64,000 bases of DNA from Deltaproteobacteria bacterium HGW-Deltaproteobacteria-22 (GCA_002841825.1 PHAZ01000001.1:3107-67106); one strand, 5' to 3'; counted from the first letter of the stretch, positions 23,719 through 35,675 are shown. Notes: generated by a model not told the origin, from the letters alone. A program made the numbers and translations.

Positions 23719-26474
23719 ACGCGCCCCTTCTGCTCCCACCACGAAACCCAGCGGCGGACGCCGGACTCGCGAAATTCCATGGAGGCCTCAGGATCGTAGT
23801 CCATGGTCTCGCCCACGATGCGCACCAACTCATCGATGGCGTCCCGGCGCAGCTCCTCATCGTTCTGTCGCAGGCCTTCGATGAGCCAGAGCACGCGGTG
23901 CCGCTGGGAGTTCAGCGCCCACCAGGACTGCCAGCGCTCGAGTTGACTGCCGAAGTCCCGCAGGGTGATCAGGCGCAGCGCGTGGATCATGTGGTCGGCG
24001 ATCTCCGTGGATGCGCTAGGCAGAAGTTGAATAATAGCCTCAATGGAATGCTTGTCGCGCATGCGACCCAGCGCGTCCACCGTGTTCTTTTGCATGGTCG
24101 GATCCGGATGTCCCAGGAAGCCGCGCAGGTTGGAGGTGATCTCGGCGTACTCACGGTGGCCCTCGTAACTGAGTATGACCCGGGCGGCGACATCACGAAC
24201 CGACGGCTCGGGATCAAAGAGTTTCTCGGCGATCCGGAACAGGATGTCCGGGAACCGGATCTCCAGGAACAGGTACGTTGCGTACATGCGGATCTGCGGA
24301 TTTTCAGAGTCGATCAGGTCGATCAGGACCGGTACCACCGGCAGGCCCCAGTCAACCATGAACTGCATCAGAGGCCCGTGCTGACTCGGCGGCGGCATCC
24401 GGGACATGTCGGAGGTCTCACGATAGGTGAGGATCCCGGGGAAATAGAAGTGCAGGACCTCGAGCGTTCGATCCCCCAGGTTTTTCAGGGCCTGCGCAGA
24501 ACGCAAATCGAGACTGTCCTGTTGGATGGAGAGATGCTCGAGTTGGTCGATCAGCGCGATGATCTCCTCGACAAAACTGTTCTGCTGTTCCAGGTGCGTG
24601 GGAATGGGCACGGTGATGGCCGTATAGGGCGTCACTTCCCGTGTGGGAACCACCTCGGGCACCGGTGAGAACACCTCGGGCACCGGTGACAACTCGGGCA
24701 CGGGTGACAACTCGAGCTCGGCTCTCGCCTTGCGCGATTTTTTCCTCTGCTTGATCAGCCGCATCAACCCCTGGCTGAGCAGTCCGGACGCGGCGACCAG
24801 CTCACCCATGGCCGTCGGGGACTGGGCCAGTTGATGGGTGCCGAGCACCAGACCGACCGTACGGGATCCCACCATCAGTGGAATGGCCATGATGTGTACC
24901 GGCGGACTCAGGCTGAGGTGGTCGAGCAGGAACTGGTTGCCTTCCGAGGGCGTGTAGATGCCGAAGGTGGTGATGTTCTGTGCGGCCTTCTGCAGCACGG
25001 AGTCGAAGTCCAGGCTGATCAGGTAATTGCGCACCTTGTGCTGGTCGACCTGGCCGCGGTAGATCGCGAAGTGACCTGTGGCGGCGTCTCCCTCCACGGT
25101 GAACAGGAACAGGTACTGCGCGTAATTGGCACAGTACCGGAGAAAGGCGATCAGGACGTCGTCGCGGCTGGTGGCGGCCACGATCAGGTCCGTGAATTCA
25201 TTCAGGCTGATGGGCGAACCGTCGAAGGAGACCAGCTTGTCACGCGAGCCCATCGCGGAGGCCGGCTTGGGTGTCGGTTTGGGCGCAGGCTTGAATGCCG
25301 GCTTGGGCGCCGGGGCTTCCACGACGGGCGCCGGGGCTTCCACGACGGGCGCCGGGGCTTCATAACTGATGGCAGCGGTCTGCGTCGTGTCCGACGGCAG
25401 GCGCTCGCCGCGCATCGGGATGGAGGCGTCCGAAGAGCCCATCGGCTCGGTCATCGCGTCTTCGATGCGCGGGATTTGAGGAGTCCCCGGGGCTTCGTCT
25501 TCGGCGCTGGCTACGGGCTCTCCGGTGACCTGTCGTACGGTTCCGGAATCGTTAAACTCAGGATCGTCGTTCTCATAGCGGGGAAGGCCCTCGGGCAGCG
25601 GACCGATGGGGCCCGACTCCGAAAACGGGGAGTGGTGCTTCTTGTGCTCAGGGAACGTGAAGCCCGGGCGCGTGACGGCATCATGGAGACCGTCCTCGCC
25701 CTCCGAGTCCTCGTTGCTGTCGTACTCAGCTGGTGCCTTCTTTTCGACGGCGGGTTGCACGGCCCGTTCCAGCTCTCCGGTGGTGCGCTCACGGGAGATG
25801 GTGGGCACCAGAATGTTGGGGGAGACCTGACGCTCCACGTAATTGAACTCGGGCACCGGAGTGATGTCGTGATCGGAGGTCGTCGGGGTCTCAACAGCAG
25901 CGGACCCCGCGGGAACGATGGACTCTGGCGTAGCGGCGGCCGGGGCGATCGGATCCTGGGAGATCCACGGCTTGACGAAGGCCTCCGGGTAGGCGACCGG
26001 GGGTCCGAGGCGGCCAAGGATCCGGTTCTGCCGTTCCTCGAGCTCGAAACCGTAGATCTTCGAGGCGAAGGCGAGCAGGCGTGGCTCGGGAACCACGCGG
26101 GCAATCAGGGATACGCCCAGCATGAAGCCGATCTCTTCGATTTTGTTCTTGTCGAACTCAGCATTGACGAGCACTCCCACCTGCTCACCAACCCGGGTCA
26201 CCGGGATCACCTGGTAACGCAGCGCCAGTTTCTGGGGGAAGATCGCCACCAGCGCCCGTGAGTCCTCAAGGGTGAAATCGCCCAACTGGATCGAGGGAAG
26301 ATCGGAGGCCTCGACGAGCACACGGATCAGATCCTTCTCGCGGATCAAGCCGAGCTCGAGCAGCGCCGAATCCAGGGTTCCACCGTTGATGACCTGGTTC
26401 TGGAACGCCTGATCCAGTTTACGGATGGGAATCAGTCCCAGTTTCACCAGAATGGAAGAAAGTTTGCTGGCCAT
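23706..26474 (-). CDS. GspE N-terminal-like domain plus HEAT-repeat protein (FrgA-like)
   Basis: N-terminus LSSILVKLGLI...GGTLDSALLELG (MshEN/GspE_N-like), Pro-rich linker, C-terminal HEAT repeats. Confidence 0.6.
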
Positions 26475-26609
26475 AGAGTTTCCGGAATCACCAACACAGG
26501 GTCCAATACGGTTACGCCCGCGGGCGGTTCCGGAAGTATCACTTTCTTTGGAGAGAATTTCAATATGAAACCAGTGAAAAAAGCGGGTGCGGGAAAAGGC
26601 CCCTGAAAA

Positions 26610-27116
26610 TCAGCCGGTCACGTCCAGGTGGGGGACTTCGGAAGCCGAAGGCGGCTGTTGATTTTCGCGCTCTTTCTGGCTGGCGAAGTAGGAGATGGCG
26701 AGGCTGGCCAGCACCACCAGGATGAACAGGACCAGGGCCGTGGACACGCGGCTCTGCTTGTCCTCGTCCTTGTCATTGGCCTCGCGGGCGTTGTTCGGAA
26801 CGTCGAGCAGGCTCAGGGCGGCCATCGACGGCACCGGACTGGAAGCGGGCAGCATGGAGACCAGTTCGTCATAGGGGAGCTGGAGTTCGCCGCACAACAA
26901 CTTCACGAAGCCGCGGGAGTAGACCAGGGCGGGAAGGTCCTCGAACCGGTCCTCTTCCAAGGCTGCGATCGCCTCCATGGGGACGCGCGTCTTTTCGTGC
27001 AGTTGCGCGGCGGTCATCTGGACGGACGACCGCGCTTCCCGGAGGCGGGAACCAAGAGAACCCAGGGAGGGCTCGGTGGTCACGCTCGGGTTTTTCGGAT
27101 TACGTTTTTTGCTCAT
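26610..27116 (-). CDS. RodZ-like HTH membrane protein
   Basis: LGSRLREAR...IAALEEDRFEDLPALVYSRGFVK followed by a single TM. Confidence 0.75.
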   Translation of the reverse strand: MSKKRNPKNPSVTTEPSLGSLGSRLREARSSVQMTAAQLHEKTRVPMEAIAALEEDRFEDLPALVYSRGFVKLLCGELQLPYDELVSMLPASSPVPSMAALSLLDVPNNAREANDKDEDKQSRVSTALVLFILVVLASLAISYFASQKERENQQPPSASEVPHLDVTG

Positions 27117-27346
27117 TCAGAAATACCTCACATTCGCACAGGCGAAAGGACTTCGAGAGAATAGTGCTTTTACGCGGCTCGTCAAGCGTCATTTGCAGGA
27201 CGTTCCGTAAATATCATAAAAAGGAAACCACCCAAGGCATTCCCGTATTTCAACTGGCCGGAAATAGGCATATAATGCCGCCGGTTTCCCGTCTGTTTCA
27301 CTTTTGCCCACGCAGGAGATTGAACCGGCCGGGCGAGGAGGCGCCC

Positions 27347-28729
27347 ATGCAGAATCCCAAACTTCAGGTGCTGGCCAACACCGTCAATAAATTGCTACAT
27401 CGCGATGCCTATGGACCATTAAGAAAAATATTATCCAAGCGCCACCCGGCCGAGCTCGCCTATTTTTTCAGGGATTTCACGCCCGTGGATCGCAAACGGC
27501 TCTTCGAGAACTGCGGAGACGACCAGGTGAAGGCCGCGGTGCTTGGGGAGATCGATCTGCCGGTGGCCGTCGAGTTGATCTCCAACCAGGATCCCGCCGA
27601 CGCGGTGCATATCCTCAACAACATGGACTCCGACGATCTCGCCGACCTCCTCGAGGAGCTCGACGAGGATCTCAAGGAGAAGCTGCTCAAACTGTTCAAG
27701 GACGAGGATCAGGAGGCCGTCGAGGAGTTGATGGCCTATGACGCATCCACCGCCGGCGGCATCATGAACCCGTCGTTTCTGGCGCTGCCGCAGACGGCGA
27801 CCGCCGGGGAGGCCGTCGATTTCCTTCAGAACTCGTCGGAGGACTACGCGATCACCTTTTACATATATGTGATCAATTCGGCGGAGAAGCTCTCCGGCGT
27901 GGTGTCCCTGCGCCAGCTCGTCACCTGCAAGCCCTCCACCACGCTGCGCGAACTGATGACGCCGGAGGTCATCTCGGTGCCCGTGAGCATGGACCAGGAG
28001 GAGGTGGCCGAGATCGTGCAGCGCTACGGTTTCCTGGCGGTGCCGGTCGTCGATGACACCAACCGGATGGTGGGTGTAGTCACCGTCGACGACGTCATCG
28101 AGGTCATCCGCGAGGAGGCCACCGAGGACATCTTCAAGATGTCCGGTGCCGGTCAGGACATCGAGTATTTCCAGGATTCGTTCTCCGAGCGTTTCCGGCC
28201 GCGCTTCACGAGCATCTTCTTCCCGCTGCTGACGGGCGTGACCTCCTCCCTGATCCTGGCGTTCCGCCGGCCGTTCTTCACCGACGCGTCCGGCCGCAAC
28301 ATCTTCTTCCTGCTGATGATCCCGATCCTGCTGGTGCTCTCCTCGGCCATCGCGAACCAGTCGGGCAGCCTGATGGTCCGGGGCATCGCGCTGGGTCGCG
28401 TGAAGTGGGCCCACTTCATCGAGGTGTTCCGGCGCGAGACCGCGATGAGCCTGATGCTGGGCCTGCTCTTCGGCCTGTTCGCGTTCGGCTTCGCCATGAT
28501 CCCCATCTTCACGCGCAACGGCTCGGCCAGTCTTCAGGTCGTGTTTCCGATGTTCGTGGGGCTGACGGTGTTCTTCAGCATGCTGTTCGCCGGCGTGGTC
28601 GGCGCCTGCCTGCCCCTGGTGTTCAAACGCATGAACCTCGATCCCGCCTCCGCCGCCGGCTCGATCCTGTCGGGTCTGGTCGAGGTGTTCACCATTCTCC
28701 TGTACGTTTTCCTGATCTCCTGGGCTTAG
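27347..28729 (+). CDS. mgtE: Magnesium transporter MgtE
   Basis: MgtE_N acidic helices, TAGGIM, CBS pair (AVPVVDD..GVVTVDD), TM domain with DPA motif. Confidence 0.92.
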   Translation: MQNPKLQVLANTVNKLLHRDAYGPLRKILSKRHPAELAYFFRDFTPVDRKRLFENCGDDQVKAAVLGEIDLPVAVELISNQDPADAVHILNNMDSDDLADLLEELDEDLKEKLLKLFKDEDQEAVEELMAYDASTAGGIMNPSFLALPQTATAGEAVDFLQNSSEDYAITFYIYVINSAEKLSGVVSLRQLVTCKPSTTLRELMTPEVISVPVSMDQEEVAEIVQRYGFLAVPVVDDTNRMVGVVTVDDVIEVIREEATEDIFKMSGAGQDIEYFQDSFSERFRPRFTSIFFPLLTGVTSSLILAFRRPFFTDASGRNIFFLLMIPILLVLSSAIANQSGSLMVRGIALGRVKWAHFIEVFRRETAMSLMLGLLFGLFAFGFAMIPIFTRNGSASLQVVFPMFVGLTVFFSMLFAGVVGACLPLVFKRMNLDPASAAGSILSGLVEVFTILLYVFLISWA

Positions 28730-28734
28730 ATCCC

Positions 28735-29595
28735 ATGACCGCCAACGATCTCGCGGTGACTGCCTTCGTGGTGCGCAGGGTGACCACGGGCGAGAGTGAC
28801 CTCGTGCTGTCTCTGCTGACCCGCGAACGGGGCAAGATCGATGTGTACGCCCGGGCCGGACGCAGGAGCCGGCGGCGCTTCCAGGCCGGGCTGTCCCCCT
28901 GCCTGCTCTTCCAGGGCATGATCGCCCCGTCGCGCCGGGGTTCATCCCGCCCCGGGTCCCTGTGGTCCCTCGAGGAGATGATCGTCGCCCGGCCCGCGGC
29001 GCTGCTGACCTCCCGGCCCTCGCGCATGGTCGTGGGACAGTACGCCACCGAGCTGGTCCGTGAGTTCTGCCCGCCGGAGGTGCCCGAGCCGGAGTTGTTT
29101 CAACATCTTGACGACTTCCTTGTACGCCTGGACCAGCCCAGGAGTCCGACCTGGCGGGACTGGTTCGCCCTGGAGTGGAGCGTGCTGACCGCCGCCGGCG
29201 TGGCCCCCGAGCTGCGGGCTTGTGTCCTCTGCCGTCGCCCTGCGCCGGGCCGGCGCCCCGGGTCCGGGGGACCTTCCGATGGGTCGGGGGGACCGTCCGG
29301 TGCGTCCGGCGAGCCTTCCGGTGGGTCGGGGGGACGATCTGCTGCCGGGCCATCCTGGGGCTTCTCGGAGGCCGCCGGCGGCCTCGTGTGTCCCTCGTGC
29401 GGCAGAAGCCCCGCGATGCCGGTCTGGAATCCCGCCTGGAACGACATCCTGGATGGCACGGGATCCGGCCCCGATCCAGAAGATGCGCCGGCGCTGCTGG
29501 CGTTGCTGGAACCCTGGATTTTTCAGGTGTTGAACCGGAAACTGCACGCCCGCGGCCTGTGCCGGAGCATCTTCTCGTCACCTACGGAATGGTGA
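28735..29595 (+). CDS. recO: DNA repair protein RecO
   Basis: GESDLVLSLLTRERGKI..ARAGRRSRRRF; CxxC...GGLVCxxC; Gly/Ser-rich insertion. Confidence 0.85.
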   Translation: MTANDLAVTAFVVRRVTTGESDLVLSLLTRERGKIDVYARAGRRSRRRFQAGLSPCLLFQGMIAPSRRGSSRPGSLWSLEEMIVARPAALLTSRPSRMVVGQYATELVREFCPPEVPEPELFQHLDDFLVRLDQPRSPTWRDWFALEWSVLTAAGVAPELRACVLCRRPAPGRRPGSGGPSDGSGGPSGASGEPSGGSGGRSAAGPSWGFSEAAGGLVCPSCGRSPAMPVWNPAWNDILDGTGSGPDPEDAPALLALLEPWIFQVLNRKLHARGLCRSIFSSPTEW

Positions 29596-30826
29596 TGACC
29601 TCGTCGACCTTCTTGACCCAGCGGAAGTTGTCGATGACGACCGCGGAGTCGAGGATGCCGTCCCCCTCGTCGTGGATCGAGAAGATGATCTCGATCAGGG
29701 AGCCCGGCTCCACCGGGGCACGGGTGGTCAGCCACGGCGTGGAAGAGGCGTCGGAACCCTGGTAGCCGGTGCCGGTCAGGTCCTGCGCGCCAGGCGAGAA
29801 GAAGTCGTTGTTGACCGTGATGGCCTTGTTGTTGGTGTCGAACGAGATGTTGTTGCGGGGGCCGTTGGCGGTTTCGTCCTTCATCATCGCATAGAACGTG
29901 TCGTTGAACTCCGAGTCGACCCACTCGGGATACTCCGAGGACAGGAAGAGGAAGTCGAAGGCGAGCCCCTCGGCGTTGGCCGGCACCCGCAGCCGCAGGA
30001 CCATCTGCGTCATGTCATGGCACTCGGACTCCTGGTCGTCGCTCTCGGCGTTGGCGATCATGGTCACCGGGTCCACACAGGTCTCGTTCAGGTCCGAGGC
30101 CGTTTCGTCGTCCTGCGGAGAGGGATTGAACTCGGCGCCAGTGAACAGCGCGATCATCTGGCAGCCCACAGGCAGCACCGGATCGTCGGGGTCGACCTGG
30201 CGCGGGGCGATGGGCCGAAGCGCGCCCCAGCCGTTGGCGCCGGGCGTGGTGCCCTGGGGATCGTAACTGATGATGGCGGCTGACTGGGCGCCGATGATCT
30301 GCAGCGCCGAGGCATGCCAGGCGGTGTTGCACAGGCCCAGGGCGTCGCCGAAGGACGCGTTGGGGCCGATGTTGGTCAACTGGAGCGTGGTCTCGTCGCG
30401 GGCGCAGTCGCACAGATGCTCGGCCTCGTCGACCACGCCGTTGCAGTTGTTGTCCAGGCCGTCGCCCATCATCTCAATGTTGGTGGGGGAGATGCGCTCG
30501 TCGTAGTCGTTGCAGTCGCCATCGCAGACGGTGACGCCGTCATGGTCCATGTCGGGTTCCTCGATGTCGCGGTGGCCATCACAGTTGTTGTCTATGCCGT
30601 CGCCGCAGATCTCGTGGGCGCCCGGATGGACGTCGGGGTTGTTGTCGTCGCAGTCGCCACCGGCGGGGGTGACGCCGTCGCCGTCATGATCGTCGGGCAG
30701 CGTCGTGTTGTTGGTGTTGTTGGTCTGGGAATTGAAGCCGTTGTTCTGGTTGGAGCTGCTGCCGGGGTTGCAGGCGACCAGTCCGGATACGAGTACCAGC
30801 AGGGAAATGACGCAGGACAGTTTCAT
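29582..30826 (-). CDS. Lipoprotein with MopE-like metal-binding repeats and a choice-of-anchor L-like domain
   Basis: Lipobox LVAC; DCDD...HPGAHEICGDGIDNNCDG repeats; FDFLFLSSEYPEWV and DEGDGILDSAVVIDNFRW. Confidence 0.7.
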   Translation of the reverse strand: MKLSCVISLLVLVSGLVACNPGSSSNQNNGFNSQTNNTNNTTLPDDHDGDGVTPAGGDCDDNNPDVHPGAHEICGDGIDNNCDGHRDIEEPDMDHDGVTVCDGDCNDYDERISPTNIEMMGDGLDNNCNGVVDEAEHLCDCARDETTLQLTNIGPNASFGDALGLCNTAWHASALQIIGAQSAAIISYDPQGTTPGANGWGALRPIAPRQVDPDDPVLPVGCQMIALFTGAEFNPSPQDDETASDLNETCVDPVTMIANAESDDQESECHDMTQMVLRLRVPANAEGLAFDFLFLSSEYPEWVDSEFNDTFYAMMKDETANGPRNNISFDTNNKAITVNNDFFSPGAQDLTGTGYQGSDASSTPWLTTRAPVEPGSLIEIIFSIHDEGDGILDSAVVIDNFRWVKKVDEVITIP

Positions 30827-30943
30827 GGAACGACCTCCCTTTTGGGCATTTTTTACCACGATTAACAGGTTTGACAAACGGTAGTTTCAGATTTGTGGCC
30901 GGGTTTGCGGGAATGCCGTATACTGCCGGCTCTGGAGGTGTGT

Positions 30944-33112
30944 GTGAAAGATCACCCGAATCACCGATTTTCATCGCTGCTGCCTTCGTTCAAGCGCCGG
31001 ATCCGGGCCCGGCGGGCCCGTCCCCTGCCCCTGGGGGTCTCGGTGCGGCATGGCGGCGTGCGATTTTCCATCTTCTCCCAGTATGCGAACAACCTGCGGC
31101 TGGTGCTGTTCGCCGACGACCAGGCTGCGACGCCCGAGCGCGCCTTCGACCTGGACCCGGAGTTTCATCGCTTCGGCGACATCTGGTCGATCTTCATCGA
31201 GGGGATCGGCGCCGGTCAGATCTACGCCTGGCAGGCCTTCGGTCCGTTCGATCCGGAGAAGGGCCACCGCTTTAATGATAATAAATTTCTTATTGATCCC
31301 TACACCCGCGCCATCGTGGGCGACTACGACTGGAACGTCAAGGGGTTCCGGCATGACTGTCCCCACGACGCGCCGCGCTCGCTGGTGCTCGATGACACCT
31401 ACCCCTGGAAGGACAATCGCTTCCTGCGGATTCCCTGGGAGGACACGGTCATCTATGAAGCGCACCTGTCCGGCTTCACCAAGGACGAGTCCTCGGGCGT
31501 CCCCTTCCGGGGGACCTTCGACGGCTTCATCGAGAAGCTGCCCTACCTGCGGGACCTGGGCATCACCGCCGTCGAGGTGCTGCCCATCCAGGCCTTTCCG
31601 GCCCACGAGAACGTGAACATCAACCCCGTCACGGGCGCACGCCTGACGAACTACTGGGGGTACTCCACCCTGGCGTTTCTCGCGCCCCACCCGCCGTACG
31701 GCACCGGCCGCAGCCCCGGCTGCGAGGTCGAGGAGTGCAAGCGCTTCGTCGACGCCTGCCACCGGCACGGTCTCGAGGTCATCCTGGACATCGTGTTCAA
31801 CCACACGGCCGAGGGGGACGAGACCGGCCCCACCCTCTCGTTCAAGGGGCTGGACAACCGGGTCTACTATCAACTCGACCAGGATTTATCGAAGTATAAA
31901 AATTTCAGCGGCTGCGGCAACACCTTCAACTGCAACCACCCGTACGTGCGTGACTTCATCCTCGACGTGCTCCGCTACTGGGTCGTGGAGATGCGGGTCG
32001 ACGGCTTCCGTTTCGACCTGGCGAGCATCCTCGGACGGGACACCGACGGCACGCTCATGGACCGCCCGCCCCTGGTGGAGCGCATCGCCGAGGACCCGAT
32101 CCTGCGCGGCGTGAAGTTGATCGCCGAGGCCTGGGACGCCGGCGGTGCGTACCAGGTGGGAAGCTTTCCAGGCACCTCCTGGTCGGAGTGGAACGGCCGC
32201 TTCCGCGACGACGTGCGCCAGTTCTGGCTGACCCCGGAGGGCACCGCCTCCGCCCTCGCCACGCGACTGGCCGGCAGCGAGGACCTGTACGGCCCGCGCG
32301 GTCCGCGCCACGGCGTCAACTTCATCACGGCCCACGACGGATTCACCCTGCGGGATCTGGTCTCCTACGAGCGCAAGAACAACGACGCCAACGGGGAGCT
32401 CAACCGCGACGGCGAGAACCACAACAACTCGTGCAACCACGGCGTCGAGGGCGTCACCGTCTATGCGCCGATCCGCAACCTGCGCCTGATCCAGATGAAG
32501 AACCTGCTGACGACGCTGTTCTGCTCCCAGGGCGTCCCGATGGTGTCCATGGGCGACGAGATCGGCAAGACCCAGCACGGCAACAACAATGCCTACTGCC
32601 AGGACAACCCTATGAACTGGTTCCACTGGGACATGCTGACCGAGGTGTCCGAGGAAGGCGGGGATCACCACCATCCCCGGGATCACGCCGAGGCGCTGTA
32701 CCTGCACGAGTTCACGAAGCTGCTGGTGCGCCTGCGGCGCGAGTGCCCTGCCCTGCGCCGCCGGACGTTCCTCACCGGGAAGCCTGCGCCCGTCGAGCCC
32801 GACGTGATCTGGCACGGACCGTCATCCAGCGATGACATGGAGTGGGAGTCGCCGCTGCGCATCCTGGGCATGCGGCTGGGGCCGGTCGAAGGTACCGGGA
32901 AATTCCGAGGGCGCATGGAGTTCCTGTTCTGCGCCGAGCCGATCCAGGTGGAGTTCTTCCTGTCGCCCGGGGTTGGGTGGGGCCTGGTGCTCGACACCTC
33001 GGACCTGTTCACCCGTCCGTCCATCGCCCTCGACGGCCCCCTGGTCCCGGTGAAGTCACGCGTGGTGCTCAACGGTCCGTGCGTGGTGATTCTTTCGGAA
33101 CTCCCAGGGTGA
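30944..33112 (+). CDS. glgX: Glycogen debranching enzyme (isoamylase, GH13)
   Basis: NYWGY, DIVFNHTAEG, VDGFRFDLA, LIAEAWD, FITAHDGFTL, GNNNAYCQDN. Confidence 0.95.
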   Translation: MKDHPNHRFSSLLPSFKRRIRARRARPLPLGVSVRHGGVRFSIFSQYANNLRLVLFADDQAATPERAFDLDPEFHRFGDIWSIFIEGIGAGQIYAWQAFGPFDPEKGHRFNDNKFLIDPYTRAIVGDYDWNVKGFRHDCPHDAPRSLVLDDTYPWKDNRFLRIPWEDTVIYEAHLSGFTKDESSGVPFRGTFDGFIEKLPYLRDLGITAVEVLPIQAFPAHENVNINPVTGARLTNYWGYSTLAFLAPHPPYGTGRSPGCEVEECKRFVDACHRHGLEVILDIVFNHTAEGDETGPTLSFKGLDNRVYYQLDQDLSKYKNFSGCGNTFNCNHPYVRDFILDVLRYWVVEMRVDGFRFDLASILGRDTDGTLMDRPPLVERIAEDPILRGVKLIAEAWDAGGAYQVGSFPGTSWSEWNGRFRDDVRQFWLTPEGTASALATRLAGSEDLYGPRGPRHGVNFITAHDGFTLRDLVSYERKNNDANGELNRDGENHNNSCNHGVEGVTVYAPIRNLRLIQMKNLLTTLFCSQGVPMVSMGDEIGKTQHGNNNAYCQDNPMNWFHWDMLTEVSEEGGDHHHPRDHAEALYLHEFTKLLVRLRRECPALRRRTFLTGKPAPVEPDVIWHGPSSSDDMEWESPLRILGMRLGPVEGTGKFRGRMEFLFCAEPIQVEFFLSPGVGWGLVLDTSDLFTRPSIALDGPLVPVKSRVVLNGPCVVILSELPG

Positions 33113-35570
33113 ACGACTGCAGGAAGCACTTCTGGTTCTTGAATTTTTCTTCGTAGACGGTGACGATCAACTGCGAACCCTCCGATGAGGCCACGGGCAT
33201 GGCCACGGAGAAATTCTCCGGCGGCGTGTAGAGCCTGAGGCTGTGGCGGTCGCGCAGGTGCAGGGCGACGAGGCTGAGGTTCTTCTCCACGACGGTGCCA
33301 TCGGGGATGGGCTGTCCCACCTCGTGCCACGGACCGGCCGCCGGCAGGAGCATCCACTGGCCGTCGGCGGTGAACACGGGCGGTCCGCCCAGGCGCTGGG
33401 CGCAGCGCACCCAGGTCACCTGTCCGTCGGTGGGCCGGATCAGGTACAGGCAGCGGTGGGAGGGGTCCGGGATCCAGAAGCCTTCGGCCGACGCGCGCAC
33501 CCAGGAGGCGGGATGGAACGAGGCCTCCCGCGGTTCGATCTCGCTGATGTCCTTGGCGCCGCCCACGACCTCGGGCGTCCGGGTGACGAGCTTCTGCCAG
33601 AGAACCTTTCCCGAGTCCGCGTCCACGGCCGCCCAGGAGCCCTTGCCCGGCGGGCTCTCGTTCTTGGTGAAGACCAGCCAGTCGCGATCCGCAGGATGAA
33701 CCGAAAGCATCGGATATTCCTTGACTTTTTTCACCTCGTTGTTTTCGAGGAGATAGTTGCCGTCGGGCATGTTGAAATAGATCCGGGAGGCGGTGGCCGC
33801 CCGCACCGAGGGCATGGACTTCAGATCCTTGGCGCCCGGTCCGACGGGCTTTCCGTCGGTCAGCGACAGGGCCGACAGGGCGTACGCCTCCGCGAGGACG
33901 ACGGTCTCCGAGGTCACCTGGCGGATCTCCCGATCCTTGAGGGGCGCGGTCCAGGCGATGCCGCTCCGGGCCTTCACGAGCACGAGTTGGTCGGCGCGCT
34001 CGAGCAGCGCCGAGCCGTCGGTGCGGACCTTCAGCAGCGACACCGGTCCCTTGCCCGGCAGCGTGAAACTGTTGGTGGAGGTGCCCCGCGCGATGTCGAG
34101 GGTCTGGAACAGGCCGTCGACGGCGCTGTACAGTTCGCCGCCGTGCACCCAGACGGGCAGGTTCAACTCGCGCTCACCGGTGCCGATGCGCGCCGGAACG
34201 CGGCTCTCCTGGGGTTTGCCCAGCTGCACCTGCAGGACCTTCTCGGGCTCGGCCGGGGAGAACGAGTGCAGGTACAGGCGTTCCAGGTGCGGGCGGTCCG
34301 GCCACAGGGTGCGCAGGACCAGCGCGAACCGGTCGGGACGGGCCAGGGCGAACTGGACCAGCTCGACGGACGCGGTCTTGATCGTGATCGGGCCGGTCCA
34401 GACGACGGTGTTCTCGCGCATGTTCATGACGGTGAACTTGTCGTCGGTGGTGGCCGCGGCCACGAAGTCACCCTGGGCGGTGATGAACCTCGGCGTGACG
34501 GCCATGTCCTGGTCGAGGGTCTTCTTGCCGGTGGCCAGGTCGATGGAGAACACGTTCTTCCCGTTGCGGCACACATGGAACGTCTCCGTGCGCGTGCACG
34601 GCACGATGGGCAGCTCCACGTGCCAGGCGGTCTCGCCGGTGGTGGTGTCCACACCCGACAGGGTCACCATGTTCAGCCCCTCGGTGCTGAGGAACGTGGC
34701 GATGCTGCCCGTCAGGCTCACCGGCATCTGCGCCTGCAGGGTGCCCGGCAGCGCCACGGGCTCGCCCTCGCGGATTCCCTGCACGACCGCGCGGGGCAGA
34801 AAGGGCGGCATCAGGGTGGACACGAGCACGGTGTTTCCGGACAGGGGCAGGTCCACGGACCAGTCCTTCCGGTCCAGCGGATCGGCGTATTGCCACAGTT
34901 CCTTCTGCTGGGAGCACGACACGGTCCGCAGCGCGCCGTCCTGGGTGCGGAAGGCCACCCGGTCCGGGCCCAGCGCGGTGGCCGGGAAGTTGGGAGACAC
35001 GAGCACGTCGATCTCTTCGAACAGCGGCTTGAGGCCGGCGATGTCGATGTTCTTCTTCTCCGCCGGATTCCACAGGTACGGCTCCGCCGCGCCCACGAAG
35101 AGGTTTTGGCCGCAGGGGGCGAAATGGAACACGTTCCCCAGCGATCGGTCCGAGGCGCCGTCGGCCACGGCCATGTGATAGATGGACTTGTAGCGCGTCT
35201 CGTAGAAGAGGGTCTTGGTGTCCAGGGCTGCCGTGCGCAGGCTCCACGGGACGTTCTCCCCATAGACCTTCATGGTGCGGCGTTTCTTCCAGCGGACCGT
35301 GCCGTCGGAGGTGGCCACCATCAACTGGTCCACGGGCCGGTACTGGGTATGGTTGCCCGAAAAGGAGACGACGTGGGCCCAGTCCGCGCCGACAGACGAG
35401 ACCAGGGAGAACTGCTCCATGTCCAGCTTCCAGCCGGCGGTGGCGGCCAGTTGGGCCGGCGGCGGCGGGGCCGGCGGTCCGGCGGGTGCTTTGGAGTCGG
35501 AGGAACCGGACTTGCATCCGGCCAAAAGGGACGGCAACAACAGCGAAATGAGTAGAATATGCTTGCACAT
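33069..35570 (-). CDS. PQQ-like beta-propeller lipoprotein
   Basis: Lipobox LAGC; repeated D..TG...W motifs. Confidence 0.65.
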   Translation of the reverse strand: MCKHILLISLLLPSLLAGCKSGSSDSKAPAGPPAPPPPAQLAATAGWKLDMEQFSLVSSVGADWAHVVSFSGNHTQYRPVDQLMVATSDGTVRWKKRRTMKVYGENVPWSLRTAALDTKTLFYETRYKSIYHMAVADGASDRSLGNVFHFAPCGQNLFVGAAEPYLWNPAEKKNIDIAGLKPLFEEIDVLVSPNFPATALGPDRVAFRTQDGALRTVSCSQQKELWQYADPLDRKDWSVDLPLSGNTVLVSTLMPPFLPRAVVQGIREGEPVALPGTLQAQMPVSLTGSIATFLSTEGLNMVTLSGVDTTTGETAWHVELPIVPCTRTETFHVCRNGKNVFSIDLATGKKTLDQDMAVTPRFITAQGDFVAAATTDDKFTVMNMRENTVVWTGPITIKTASVELVQFALARPDRFALVLRTLWPDRPHLERLYLHSFSPAEPEKVLQVQLGKPQESRVPARIGTGERELNLPVWVHGGELYSAVDGLFQTLDIARGTSTNSFTLPGKGPVSLLKVRTDGSALLERADQLVLVKARSGIAWTAPLKDREIRQVTSETVVLAEAYALSALSLTDGKPVGPGAKDLKSMPSVRAATASRIYFNMPDGNYLLENNEVKKVKEYPMLSVHPADRDWLVFTKNESPPGKGSWAAVDADSGKVLWQKLVTRTPEVVGGAKDISEIEPREASFHPASWVRASAEGFWIPDPSHRCLYLIRPTDGQVTWVRCAQRLGGPPVFTADGQWMLLPAAGPWHEVGQPIPDGTVVEKNLSLVALHLRDRHSLRLYTPPENFSVAMPVASSEGSQLIVTVYEEKFKNQKCFLQSFTLGVPKESPRTDR

Positions 35571-35675
35571 GACCTCCGCTCTAACACAGGCAACGCCAAA
35601 AATCATCCCCGGGAAATTTCGTTTTCATATAGATAACTCAAGTCCATCGTTGACGGAAGATGGGGTTTCGGTACA